The notes under the pieces: model-generated | The model's database searches: none | The model's input: only the letters and a program-made list of their open reading frames with translations | What the model was told of the DNA's origin: nothing | Part shown: in pieces, positions 15,635 through 29,700 of the stretch | Layout: the number at the start of each line of letters is the position of its first letter | Position numbering within the stretch: position 1 is the first letter of the stretch | Assembly: GCA_951406725.2 (NCBI GenBank) | Contig: OX597814.1 | Location: 55,242,001 to 55,306,000 of the forward strand | DNA from: Octopus vulgaris | Taxonomy: Eukaryota | Reading direction: 5' to 3' | Length of the DNA stretch: 64,000 bases | Made by a program: the position numbers and the translations under genes

Positions 15635-16130
15635 CACACACACAAGATTAATTCCATGTGATATATGTATATAATTCATATATTTGCATATACATCACAA
15701 ATAATATATATATATATATATATATCTTCATTGTTACAAAGAGAATCTGACATGAAGAAGGAATTGTTTTCACAGCTGCATTTTTACATTATTTTTATAT
15801 GGAAAAAATATGGAACATAAAATCTTCTTGATGCTTTTGTTTTCTTAAAAAAAGATTTCACACACACACACATATATATACATACATACATACATACACA
15901 CACACACGTGTATGTATTGCATATATGTATATAGCTTGCATACATATGCAAGCAAATATATGTATGTATGCATATATATTATATATATATACACACACAC
16001 ACATATAGGTGTGAGCAAATGTATATATGTGTGAGTGTGTATGTGTCTGTGTGTTGTAAAACAATATATACATACATACATATATGTGTGTGTATGAATG
16101 TATAAAACCACATATGTATATATATATGAA
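14885..16130. repeat. Compound (CT)n/(TA)n/(CA)n microsatellite field
   Basis: Direct inspection. Confidence 0.9.
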
Positions 16131-16423
16131 ACCTTCTTCAGCTCATGTTCTATAACCTAGGTTGAATGTGCAACTGAGAGTACAGGAACCATGGTGAATG
16201 AATGTTAAAATGAAAGAAAAAAAATTGAAAGAAAATTGGGAAAAATAATGAACAGACTGCCTCACCTGATTGCAGTCAACTGCCAGAGTTATGTGGTGTA
16301 CATGTGGTATATTAATACACCACAGCATTGTACTTACAACACAATCACCCCTCTGGTAGCAGTCATCACTGATATACACACACACATACTTAGCAAACAC
16401 ACAAGTTAAATGATTAGAGTGGC

Positions 16424-16513
16424 TTATGAAGAATTCATTAACTTAGACACATCTGCAAACCAAGCAGCCACGTCTACATTTAAGATCTCGTATCTCTTTA
16501 TGAACGGGTGTTC
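16424..16513 (-). CDS. MAP2K7: MAP2K7 last coding exon ([29 protein letters not shown]), 90 nt
   Basis: ttttctctccag acceptor; DVD-type docking tail ([10 protein letters not shown]); TAA at 16424-16426. Confidence 0.96.
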   Translation of the reverse strand, partial: EHPFIKRYEILNVDVAAWFADVSKLMNSS

Positions 16514-16668
16514 CTGGAGAGAAAAAGAAAAAACAATGTCACTTATTAAAAAACTGATACACAGAAAGTAAAAAAAAATAATATAAGCAAAAAGTTGAAA
16601 ATTGAATAAAATGTGCTCCAAACTATAATTACAAATGTATACATACATATAGATATATAATATGTATG

Positions 16669-16705
<37 letters not shown>

Positions 16706-19700
16706 CCATCACCATTTTCCATGCCAGCATGTGTTGGACAGTTTGACAGGAACTGACCAGCAAGGAGCTGACCAGACTCCAACTGTCTGTTGTGGCATGG
16801 TTTCTACAGCTGGATGCCCTGCCTAATGCCAACCACCTCATGCCAATACACACACAAATACACGCGCACACACACAAATGTATGTATACATATATAGATA
16901 TACAAACATGTATCAAATCATCATCATCATTTAACATCTACTTTTTACACAAACACACACACACACACACACACACATGCATAAATATACACAAATATAT
17001 ACATGCTCATATCACCATCATCATCGTTTAGTGTGTGCTTTCCATGCTGGCATGGGTTAGATGGTTTGACAAACTGGTAAGCTGGAGAGCTGCACCAGGT
17101 TCCAATCTGATTTGGCATGGTTTCTATGGCTTGATGCCCTTCCTAATGCCAACCACTTCAAGAGTGTAATGGATGCTTTTTATGTGCCACCAGCATGGGT
17201 GCCAGTTACATGATACTGGCATTGATAGGTATAAAATATATATACACACAAACATATCTATAAAATCAGTCATTCACATTTCACCCATTTTCCCATGCTT
17301 GCATGGGTCAAGTGAATACATTATTTAGACTTTTGTTTTATTGCCGGATGCCCTTCCAGTCACTAACCCTTGGCTATTTTTTACATGTCTATGAATGCAC
17401 AAAACAGAAGTTTTTGACAGAAGTGACAACAACAACACTGCCCAAACATAACTTTTTAATAAGAGAGTACGCATTTAAACAAACACACATGCTTATACAA
17501 ACAGCAATAAGCATAGGCACAGACATGGCAGTGTGTTGAAGAAATTCATTTCACAACCACATGCTTTCAGGTTTGAATATACACACATTGGTTTCAAATT
17601 TTGGCACAATGCCAGCAATTACAGGGAATGGGGTAAGTCAATTACATTGACTTCGGTTCTCATCTCATACCTATTTTATCAACCTCAGTGCTCAACTGGT
17701 ACTTATTTTATCAACCCGAAAAGGATAAAAGGCAAAGTCAGCTTTGGCAATTTGGGCAAGTGCCTTCTACTATAGCCTTAGGTTGACTGACACCTCAAGA
17801 CTATAAGCCATTGTTTGTTTATATGCATATATGAATGTATAAATAGACAAATAAGAATGGACAATCACAGTTCAAGGTGATACATATTTCAAAAGGAAGA
17901 TATCCATTGACTATGTGTATATTGCATCATAATATAAAAACATACCATCTCATAGTTAGGGATGCAATTGCCATATAACAAAAATGAAGTTAACGACCAT
18001 GACCTATATAATCCCCATAAATTGATATATATATATATGTATTTTATGTGTGTGTGTATTCATTATTTGTTCATTCATTTAACCTCCATTTCCCTTGTCA
18101 GTATGGCTTTTTACAGAGGGTGGAGATAGAAAGTAAACCCAGCCATAAAATCTTATGGCCAACCTGTCCCTGATTTTGACATAGGGGATACCTTTATTCT
18201 ACAAGTCTTTGAAAGTACAGAGCAACTGGTCATAATGTCAACAAGGAATGTCAATATCAGTGCCATTACTCACAAGCAGTGACAAGCATGGAATATATAA
18301 ACACTGAAACACATTCGATGGACACAGACAAATATCCTCACATGACACTGATCACCCAAGAGCTAATATAGAAGACACTTATTCCAGATGCCATGCAATA
18401 AGACTGAACCTGAAACCACAGAATTGTGATATGAACTTCTTAACTACACAGCCATGCCTACACACACACACATTTATGTATATGCCTGTCATCATAATTA
18501 ACATTTAACATCCTTCTTTGAAGCTGACATATTTTGGACAGTTTGACAGAATCCAATGAGCTGGAGGACCACATTAAGCCCCAATGTTGATTAGCTTTCC
18601 TAATGCCAACCACTTTACAGAGTATAGTAGGTGTTTCTGTGTTGTTTTTTTTCATGACACAGGCACTTGTGAGATCACCAAGTAACTTTCAAGAAACTGA
18701 AAAAGGATTTCCTTAACTGAGTAAGATTCTAGTGGGTACGGAGGTGGGTGCAGAAGTGGCTTTGTGCCATGTATTGAGAAACTACGCTATGACTGAAGGA
18801 CGGCACAAGAGTCCTGGAATAGAAGAGAAACAGCTATCCTGCATTATATAAAAGTGGGTGGGAGAATCTAGAAAGAAGACAAAGATGTTGGTGGAAAGGT
18901 GTCAAAAATATTCTCAAGATACAAGAAGGTGAGTGTAAGAAAGAATACAGAGGATTGGGAAGGGTGTGTGGATAAATTCATGAGTATGAGAGGAGAGTGA
19001 CCAATAGTTTCAGAGGGGATAAAGGTGAAAGTAGTGAATGAAGTACAAGAGTGGAACTGAGATCAATGGTCAATTAGTGGAGGGGGGTGGGTGAAGAAGA
19101 ACTCAGGAAGAAGGTGATGGTAAGTGGTAATAGAGGACAGATGGAGAGCAGAAGTTTAATAAACCTGTACATAGATTAAAAAATAGGGAGAAAATATGTG
19201 GAATGGGAGAATGGAGGAAGAAAGATTGGAACAGGAACAGGGTCAGAGGTATGTAGTGATGCCTATAGTGGGAGGGAGACATAGGACAGGGGCAATGATA
19301 GTAGCTATGAGAAGGGGTTGAGAGTGCTGAGACTGATAGCAGATATGAGCTCTGGCAGGAAGTCTTAAGATGTAGCTCAGAGGAGATGAAAAAATACCTG
19401 GAGGCAGAGAAAGGATTGACCAATGGGAAATAAAGAGGTTCCAAGGACAGGAAGAGGTAATTAACAGCACAAAGAGAATGAAATATGAGCAGAATCCGTT
19501 GAAATATGATTAACGCAGCTGGATGGTACCATTATTGGAAGAGTGATAGAAGGATAGTTGTTAGGAAGATGATAGGTTGAGAAAAATTTAACCCTTTCGA
19601 TACTAACCCGGCCGTAGGGATGAATGCAAGAGCAGGGCCTAGTGACTGTACAGAGATAAATATACTGATGTTTAGTATCTCACTTTCTCCATGAAAGACA

Positions 19701-20666
19701 AGTCTGCTTCAGCACAATTAAACAGTCTTTTATCATCTCCACCTTAAGGTTCAACATTTTAAGATCAGCCTTCGCTACTTTGTCATGCCATTCTAAATCT
19801 CTCTCTTTCACAAGTTCCACCTGCTTAAAGTGATCAGCATATCTTTATCATCATCCATGCACATTAAATGACCATACCAACACATTCCCTCTTGCACACT
19901 ACACCTGATTCCTTTTATGCCCAATTTTCTCACAACACAAATCTATTTAGTCAGACATGCACATCCAATGGAGCATAATAGTATTATTCCTTTCTTGACT
20001 GTACATGTCCTCAGCAGTTAGCTCACATCTTGTCCAATCTATACAAACAAAGATTAAGCAGATATAAAAATGATGATGATGATGATACACTCAAACTCAT
20101 TTACATATTTGTGATAAATTTACATAATGCCCAAACCTAATGATCATTGGGATTGAGCATAATTCTTCAAATTAGTAAATGTTATCAACTCACCAATAAT
20201 TTCTTGTATTTAGGTCTTTTCTTATAATCTTTAGTTAGGCTGAAGAAACAGAAAAAGAAATGTTAATGAAGAAAACATATATTGAGATAACATAAGAACA
20301 CAAGTAGATATATGCATATGCAATTATTAATTCTATAGCCAAGTTTTACCATGCTAATATGCTTTGTATTATGACATGTTGGCATTTCTCTTGAGGCCTG
20401 TATCATCTTGTCAGTGTGGTAAAGCATCTTCAATTCAGACATAGCCATTTGTTATCATGGTATCCTTCACCACAGGTAATCAAATATTATAAGGCAAATT
20501 TATCAAATGTACAAGTCTTTCTCCAATCAATCAACTCCCAATAATAATAGTAATAATAGTGATGATGATGATGATGATGATGATGATAGTAGTAGTAGTA
20601 GTAGTAGTAGTAGTAATAATAATAATGATGATGATGATAGTAATAATAATGATGATAATAATGATG

Positions 20667-20713
<47 letters not shown>

Positions 20714-23700
20714 CCTTTCTTCTGGTGGCACAAGGCCTCAATTTGGTGGGAGGGGACTAGTCAATTATATAGACTCCAGTGTTTCACTGGTATTTAATTT
20801 ATCGACCTTGAAAGGATGAAAGGCAAAGTCAACCTCAGCAGAATTTGAACTCAGAACATAGTGACAGACAAAATATCACTCAGCATTTCGGCTGGCATGG
20901 TAACGATTCTGCCAACTCACCACCTTAATAATAATAATAATTGTTTTAAATTTTGTCACAAGACCAGTAATTTTAGTGAGACAGGGATAGTAAACTACAT
21001 TGACTTTAATAGTTGACTGGAAGTTTATTTTATCAACCCCAAAAGAATAACAGACAAAGTTAACCTCAGTGAAATTTGAACTCAGAATGTAAAGTGCCAG
21101 AAGAAATGCTGCAAAGCATTTTGTTTGGCACATCAAGAATTCTGCTATAAACCAGTACAAAGCATTTTTCTGATGTTCCAATGAATAGAAAAAAGAAAAA
21201 AGTGAAAACATGAGGAAATATTAAAAACTACTTACCAATCCCTTACAAATGAACAAAAATCTAGTGAGAAGCCATTGTTGGGAGGGAGGAGTGGTGGCTC
21301 TTCTTGCAACACTTTTGTGAGTAGTTCAAAATCTGTTCTGCAGTTCTTGTATGGAAACTCACCTGTTGCAAGTTCAACCTGTGAAGAAACAGAAAAAAAG
21401 TAACATCAATAGTTCTTTAAGGAGATATTTTATCCCTTTCTTTTAAGAATAGTAAAAAACTTGTATTTTGTTGGTTAAAATTCAGTTATATACAATACTG
21501 AAATATGAAAACTTCATTTTTGTATTTGGTTTGCAAGATTTTTTATGTGAATACATGTATTGAAACAAATTTTGTTGTCTTGGGAGAGTCATTGTGCCAA
21601 TAATAACACACTCACAGGTTCAAATCCACTTCTTTATTATTAGTCTAATCAACTAACTAATCAATCACTGGTTTAATGTGCTGGTTTAACTGGTTGTTTG
21701 TTAGCAAAGTTTCTTTTGCCAGAGTTTGGACCTTTCCAGTGAATATTTTTTCTAAAGCAGACCTTAGAATGAGAGGGGAGGTCACTAAATCTCTGAAAAG
21801 GTTGCAAATAGCAACACAAAGACTTTGACTAGCAAACAGCTGATTGATTGTTTAACCAGCACATCAAACAAATGATGTAATCTAAATCAAAGAAAATGGC
21901 AAACAATTACAGTGGTACAATTCTGCAACTCATTTCTTCAAATATTTTTATTGTAGTTTTCTAGACTACAGTTTAATACATAGAGGGCAACTATTACAAG
22001 GGAGACAATCCTTTCTTCATAATATGAGGCAAGATTAGAAATCTGAATTTGAAACTGAGGAATTACGAGGAAAAAGATGCAAAGAATTCACATATTTAAT
22101 TTATTTTTGTTTTCTTATAACAAAGTTCTTACAGTTTCTATTTGAAAGTAATCATGTATAGCACTATTTCATTCTTTTTAGAAATCAACAGCAAGATATA
22201 ACCAGTAGCTTATTAATTAAACAATATTTTACAAAGTGAGACATTTCATAAAAGATGAAAATAATTACAAGTTGTTACCAAAGTGGAGCAGCTTGCTTTT
22301 TCATAAAACATTTCTTTTAGAATTATGCAACTATGAATTATGACATTATCTGCTTTGAAGTTTATAAAAAAGGTAAATTGAACAATTACATAATTAAAAT
22401 ATTTATTATACACACGAACATTTATGTTTAAAATATAAAAACATACATTTCATTTATGTCGAAAAATACTTGCAGCCAAAACTTACACATTCATACAAAT
22501 ACACAAAATCACCCACACATATAAATATATATTTTTATATATACTAAAGCTTAAAAATCAGGATCCTAAATTTACAAAGAGGCGCTATGCAGATATAAAC
22601 ATCACGCTTGCTGTGTTTGGTAAATATAGCTATTCATTTATTCATCTAGATAAATAGCCAAAAGACCTTGCAAATTATCCATTCTAGCTATGTTGCTAGA
22701 CTTCATTATCAAAAACTTTCGAAAGACCATAAGCAATAGGAGATTAATAACTTACTAAAGAGATCCCCAAACTCCAAACATCTGCACGGATATCATAATC
22801 TGGCCTTTCTGGATCTGGTGGATCAATTCTTTCAGGCTGTTTAAATTAATAAAAGGAAAACAATGAAAAGGTTTTATTTGTTTCACATTCAATGAAAAAA
22901 TTAGACAGTAATTTCTTTTAAGTATGTAAGTTTGTGAATATATATATGTATATATATATATATATCATCTTATATATAAATGGCAATTTTTGACTGTGTC
23001 TGTTACCCTCTTGCTACCTATATCAGCAAACCAATCTTCATGAAACTTTGCATACATGTTAAACTAACATCCAGTTAAATTATAAGCTAATTGGATTTCA
23101 ATAAAAATCGATAATGGGCCACCCTACAGGGGTTGGGCTATTATATAATAAAATGAGAAGAGTGCAAAAAATGTTAGATTGAGGGAAATGTGGTGGCTGA
23201 TATCAGGGAAGAGGAAGAGACAGAGAGAGAGAGAGAACGAGACACAGACAGAGTGGAAGAGAGAGAATTTGTTTACTGAAAGGAACAGCAATTTTTAATA
23301 CTTTGTTCTTTAATTTTTACCTATCACTTAATGCATACACTTTGGTGAATTAACTATCGCATGCTCAGTCAAAACTTTTACAATATGTCCAACAACAGAT
23401 GTTAAACTAACAAGTGAAAGGTAAGGTGTTATATTTGTTTTCAAATCACTGTTTTAAAATTTATTACAACTTTACCAACATACTGAAACAATAACACTAT
23501 ATATAATGTCTTTCATTTCCTTCCATAGATTAATAGCCCATTGTTGTCGGGTAATTTTTACAATAGAATATCTTACATACATTTTTATTTATTTTATGTC
23601 AGATCATGCCTTCTGTAACAGACAGGCCTTGATCAGGACAGATTTGTGCAACTTTTTGCTATGGTAATAACCAACCATCAGTCGATTGTTTCATAGCCGC

Positions 23701-26700
23701 ACATCGTCAATCCTTTCATTCTTCCAACCATCCAACAATTCAACTTTGATATTACCTTACCATTACAATCAATCAGTTTTATGATTCAACTGTATTAATT
23801 GCCAGTATTTGTAAATCTATCCCACATCATTGTGTATTTGTAAATCTAATTGTAATTTAAACAGGAACTGAACGGGGAACGGGGTAGGACATGAAACAGT
23901 GTAATGGGAATGGGAACTGGAAATAACCCCCACTTTTCAGGGTATTACCAGGTAATTCAGCTAGTACATATACAAATACACATGCATATAATACATATGT
24001 ACATACTTGTAAAATACACACACCAGTGCTGATTGCTAAATGCGGATGGAACTTGTGAAAGAGGGAGGCCCAGAAATACAGGGGACAAAGTAGTGGAGAC
24101 TGACCTCAAAATTTTGAGCCTCATGGAATAGATGACAAAGGTCTAAGGTGAATGGTATTATGCTGTGCTTTAGAAGACCAGTCCATCTCAGCAAATATAA
24201 AGTCTTGTCAAGCCTTTTCCCCACAACTCATCTTCTAACACCTATTTTTCCAGCATTCTTCTACCAACACCACTTCTTGGATGCAGTAAATAATACAATT
24301 TACACTTCATATTGTCTCCCTATTATCATCCCTTTTCACCTACGCTTCATACTATCTCCCTATTACTATCCTTTCTCACCTACACTTCATACAGTCCCTT
24401 TTTACCTTCTCCTCCTCCCCTAACCTACTCCAATTTCCTTCAGTCCATCTGAAACTGATATTTACCATGTCTTCATCATGTGCCCCATTCACTGTATCCA
24501 CCTAAATCCTCATCTCTAACTATCCATCACACTCCTTTTACACTCTTATGAATCTACCTATCCACCCACCCTTTTTTCTCTATCCCTGTTCTCTCTTTTA
24601 TATTCACTTTGTACATCACCATTTCTCTCTCCCTCTCTCTCTCTCTCCAGCTGGGGAAGTCCTATATCACTTCCTCAACAGGATACATATCCTTGTCTCT
24701 CTATCGTACTATACCCTCATTCACTTGAAAGGTCTTGTATTCTGCATTACTTGTTAACCTCACAAAAGCTGGTACCACTACAAAAGGTATCCAATACATT
24801 TTGTAAAGTGGTTTCTGCTGTAGAAACCTGCCAAATGATGATCAATGTAGTTTTCTGGGTCATCAGTTCCTGTTAAACCCATGTCAGAATGGACAGATGA
24901 TGATGATGATGATGACGATGACGAAAATAAGGATATAAATATAATATATACTTATATATATATTTTTAATTTTTTACATGATTCAGTCACTGGACTACAG
25001 CCATGCTGGGACACTGCCTTGAAAGATTTTAGCTGAACAAATTGACTCTAGTATATATTTTGTAAAGTCTGGTACTTATTCTATCAGTCTCTTAAAACCA
25101 GTTGTCAAGCAGTGTGGGGGACAGACACAAACATAAACACACACACACATACACATACACAACAAGCTTTTCAGTTTCCATCTATCAAATCCATTCACAA
25201 GTCTTTGCTCAATCTGAGTTTTAGTAGAAGATACTTGCTCAGTGTGCTTCAATTACAATCTCTTTTAATTAAGGGTATGAAAGAAAAGTTATCTATTGTA
25301 TATTTCAGCAATATGTATGTAAACAACTGAAATTGTCTAAGAAAACTGTTACACTAAGTTTAAGATAATGTATAATCTAGCACAATACAAATTGCTTCTA
25401 TTTAATAAATTGTAGCAATGAACAGTTATGATAGAAACTATAAACTAAATTATAATAGATGAATTCAGTTACTTACAGCCATGTACGCAGCACAGCCTGC
25501 ACTTCTGGTCTTTGCTTTGGAATCAACTAAACGGCCACTGATTCCAAAATCACACAATTTCACAGAGCCTTTTTCATCTAAGAGAATGTTGGAGGGTTTC
25601 ACATCTAACAAGCAAATTAAAAGCACAACTTGAAAATACCTGTTGTAATTTTCTTTCGTTATTGTCTATTTACTTATTTGAAGGAAAAGATATCTGGAAA
25701 GATATCTGATATTTATTTCACTGTATAATAGTATATAAATGAGTTTGTAGAAAGTAAAATTCATTTTTATATTTTCTTTTGAAAAAAGTTATTAATAATA
25801 AAGAAATTTATAGGTACATGAACATTAGTACAATTTTTCTCTTTCCATAATTAACAAATCTTAATGTTTTATTAAATACAAACAATTAATTAAAATTTAC
25901 AGAAAATGTGGAAAAGAAAAATGTTAAAGTTACATTAATAAGGAAAAATTTAAATAATAATTTCAACTTCATATATTTTACAAAATTTTATAACTATTTT
26001 ACTAGTTCATTAATGTGTATTTCAATACAAAATTCTCTTCAATGAGTTTAATGTTAATAAAAGAAACAAATACAAAAACTAACAAGAAGTTGATGAATAC
26101 AACTAACCTCTGTGTATCACACCATGTCGTTCTTTAAGGTAATTCAATGCTTTTACAATCTACAATATAAAGAAATTTTACCTGAACAACACCTACTTAC
26201 TTTTTCATATATTCACTAGATACCAACAAAGATAAATAACATCAACCCATAAGTCCTGTTAGTAACAATATAAGAGACATTAATCCTTGTTAAAGATGGT
26301 TCTGATCAACAAATCATGTAACTACCTATATGTCAATCCAACAGAAGCTCTTAAAAACAAATAAGATTTAAAACAGAGCTCATACAAACAAGTTATTAAA
26401 TTTCTGTCAACAAATCTACTATAATATTCAAGAAAGGTTTATTTAAATTTTTTATAACAAAAGATGCAGAACTAGTACATGTTACTGGTTTCCTAGATGT
26501 CACGAGAAAGAATATTCATACAAAAACATGTGCTACAGTAAGACACAAGTCAAGTATATATTTCACAAAACAATACTTTAACACATTAATCTTTTCACAA
26601 TATTCCTTCTCAACACATATAGTACTGCACCATGTGAAAAACTTTTGCTCAAAGCAAAACAAAATATTTAAGACCATTTAAAATCAACAAGGAATTATAC

Positions 26701-29700
26701 TCACTGCAACTGCCATTTTGCCAAGGATCTTTTCTGGTATCGGTATGCGTGTTTTCTTTAATAATTTATCTAAGCAAGTAGCCATTAGTTCCATACAGAT
26801 CCATACTTCACTCTGAAAGCATAATAATGTTATATATATTTTTCTAGGAAATATTTTCAAGTAATTTGTATTATGTCATCATCATTTTAATATCTGTTTT
26901 TCTATGCTAGCATGGACTAGACAGGTCAACAGCTCTGTATATTACTTTAATCACATGTTATCTGAGGGGTCCAACATCATAAGATCATCACATATCAACT
27001 TTGGCTTTCCTATACTCAAGATACATTTTATTGTCAACACGCAGCATCTCTGTGTAACACTCATGATTTAGTCACATCAGATGACCCAAGCAGTCTCTCC
27101 ATTCTTTTCTAATCTAGGCACAAGGCCTGAAATTTTGGGGGAGGGGAAGCCAGTCAATTAGATCGACCCCAGTATGCAACTGGTACTTAATTTATCAACC
27201 CCGAAAGAAAGAAAGGCAAAGTCAACCTCAGCGGAATTTGAACTCAGAATATAAAGACAGAAGAAATACCGCAAAGCATTGCGCCTGGCATGCTAATATT
27301 TCTGCCAGCTCTCTCCATTACAACACAACTGATATCTTTAATGTCCCAATTTTAAATTTCATATAAATTACCACTATCATTTGATAGATTATATTCAATT
27401 CCTTACTCTCCAACTTATGCACATCTTCCACAAGTAATGCTCATATCCCATTATCATTACATACACTGTCTTTTGCTCTCTGAACATTTAAAAAAATTTT
27501 TCTTATTCTAAAGGGAAGAGAAAAATTTTTTTCCCAATTTAATAATGGTGATAAAGATGATGATGTTGGTGGTGGTAGTGACAATGATATGTGTGTGATC
27601 TTTCATATAATTCTTTCAAAAATTTACAATTAAAATCTGATTTCTAAACAAACCAGAGAGATTCTCATCATTACACAACTGTCATGTTTTGTATGTATGG
27701 TCAATGTAAACAATGGTTACACAAAAGCACAGGAGGATCTCTGACAAACTGTTAAAGAATTAGAACTTTGGTGAGCCAGATATCATCATCATCACCATTT
27801 AACATCATTGTTTTCTATGCTGTAATGATGGTTAGCTACCATTGAAATTTCATAAACATCTTGATAATCCTCAGTTTTTGAAACTCTTTCTCTTTCTATA
27901 TCAAAATACAGATTGTATGAGATGTGTTTTGGTAATGTGATGCCACATGGTGAGGTACATGAACAGAAAATCCAGAAGACTTGCAACACTAGTAAAGAAC
28001 AAATATTGTCATGATGGAAAACAATGCTGTAAAATGATAATCTAATGAGGTGCACTGGCAAGCCAAGTGCGACATGGAAGGAAATATTTAAGTCACGCTT
28101 CTTAACATATCAAAAAATCAGAATGAATTTGTGATGAAAAAAGTGACAATAGTAACAACAATGATGATGTGCTAGATGTTATAGTCAACATCTTTCCATG
28201 CAGCTAGCATCTGGAACTGATAACCAAAATATATTTTCCTATGGTTTTCATAGATGGCTACTTTAAGTGGGATTCAACAAACATTAGCTTCTATCCTTGT
28301 AGTGTAACCAAAATGCAAACCTGCAAAAACCTTTCTAAATATAATAAATTTTATGAATACTTACAGTTGTTATGAATATGCCTATACACTGAACAATATA
28401 AGGGCAGTCATGGCTTTTCATAACAACATCCAAATCCATAATTATCCGTTTGTTTTCTTCTCTGTTACTGGAGCGACGCATTTGCTGAAAAGGAAATGGA
28501 ATAACTTATTTTTGAAGAGAACAACAAATGTTAGTGAAATAAATTGCCAAAATCTTTATGGTTGAAATTAAGAAGAAACAAAAAACACAGAATAAAAGGA
28601 TAACATATATTATGGAAAAAGAATAACAACATTTCTTGAAGAGAAGTCATGTCACATCAGAAAGTTACATTAAACATGAGAATAGTTTAGACTAAAGAAG
28701 TCCCATAGCATTAAAAATTTCTATACAAATCAAATTTATTCTTAGATTCTGAACAGAACTGAAGCCTTTTTTGGCAAAGATGAAACCAAATATCATTAAT
28801 TTAATCTCTAGAGATGAAATTAAAAGAAATGATAGTTTCTAAAGCTAAAATGAAATACTTTCCTTAAGACATGGAATTAAAATACAAATCCATAAACTGT
28901 AATAATTTTCACAATAAAACTCAAAATTTCATTAAAAGTATATTAAACTTCAAACCATCTACAAGGAATTTAATGTTAATGCATGTCTGAATATCTAAAT
29001 TCTAAGTTTAATTTAAATTATTTATAAAATACTTCATATTGTTTATTTCATTTTGTCAAATTTGCAAACAATTCAACACCAAACTATTAAAATTGAAAAT
29101 GCTGATATATATTGATGACAGTCAATAAATAAAAAAGTTTAAGAAAGAACAATTTGAAAGACACTTTAAACAACTTCAATTGACTGACTTCTCATTGACG
29201 AACAACAATAATTTTGAGAAAAACTAAAAACTTTATTCAAAAGTTGAATATATTCTCAAAATATGTGAGTTAAAAATAAAGACAAAACAAAATCACTGAA
29301 ATCTCCAAAAGCTAAAAATTACTTTTAGAAATAAATTCAATAATGTTGTTTACTCTATTTCTATTTACCTTCACAGCCAAAAAACTGCTTGTTTTCCGGT
29401 GCCTCATTTTAATCACCTGCCCGCAAGTACCATGACCAAGTTCACCTAGAGCCTCTAAATCACTGCAGTCACTCGGAAGTTTCTAGATAAAAAAATAATG
29501 AAAATTATATGCATAACACTTCTATTACAATTTTTTTCTTTTCTCCTAATGCAATATTTGGTAATATTTCCATTAAAACTTTATTCAAGACATTTAGTAG
29601 ATGCTCAAATATTGTATTGTAAAAAAAAAATTTCATATAACAAAATCATTTTTCCACAATATTTGAGCAAGTTTTCTTAATTCAAAGACAATTTATGAGA

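Noticed and set aside
13406-16111. Many ORFs rich in [12 protein letters not shown] (also at 36.8, 40.8 and 43.9-44.8 kb)
   Set aside because: Translations of (TA)n/(CA)n microsatellites that simply lack stop codons.
20487-20819. Poly-N/D/S, poly-Y/H and poly-I ORFs in several frames
   Set aside because: Trinucleotide microsatellite inside a MAP2K7 intron; no splice signals.
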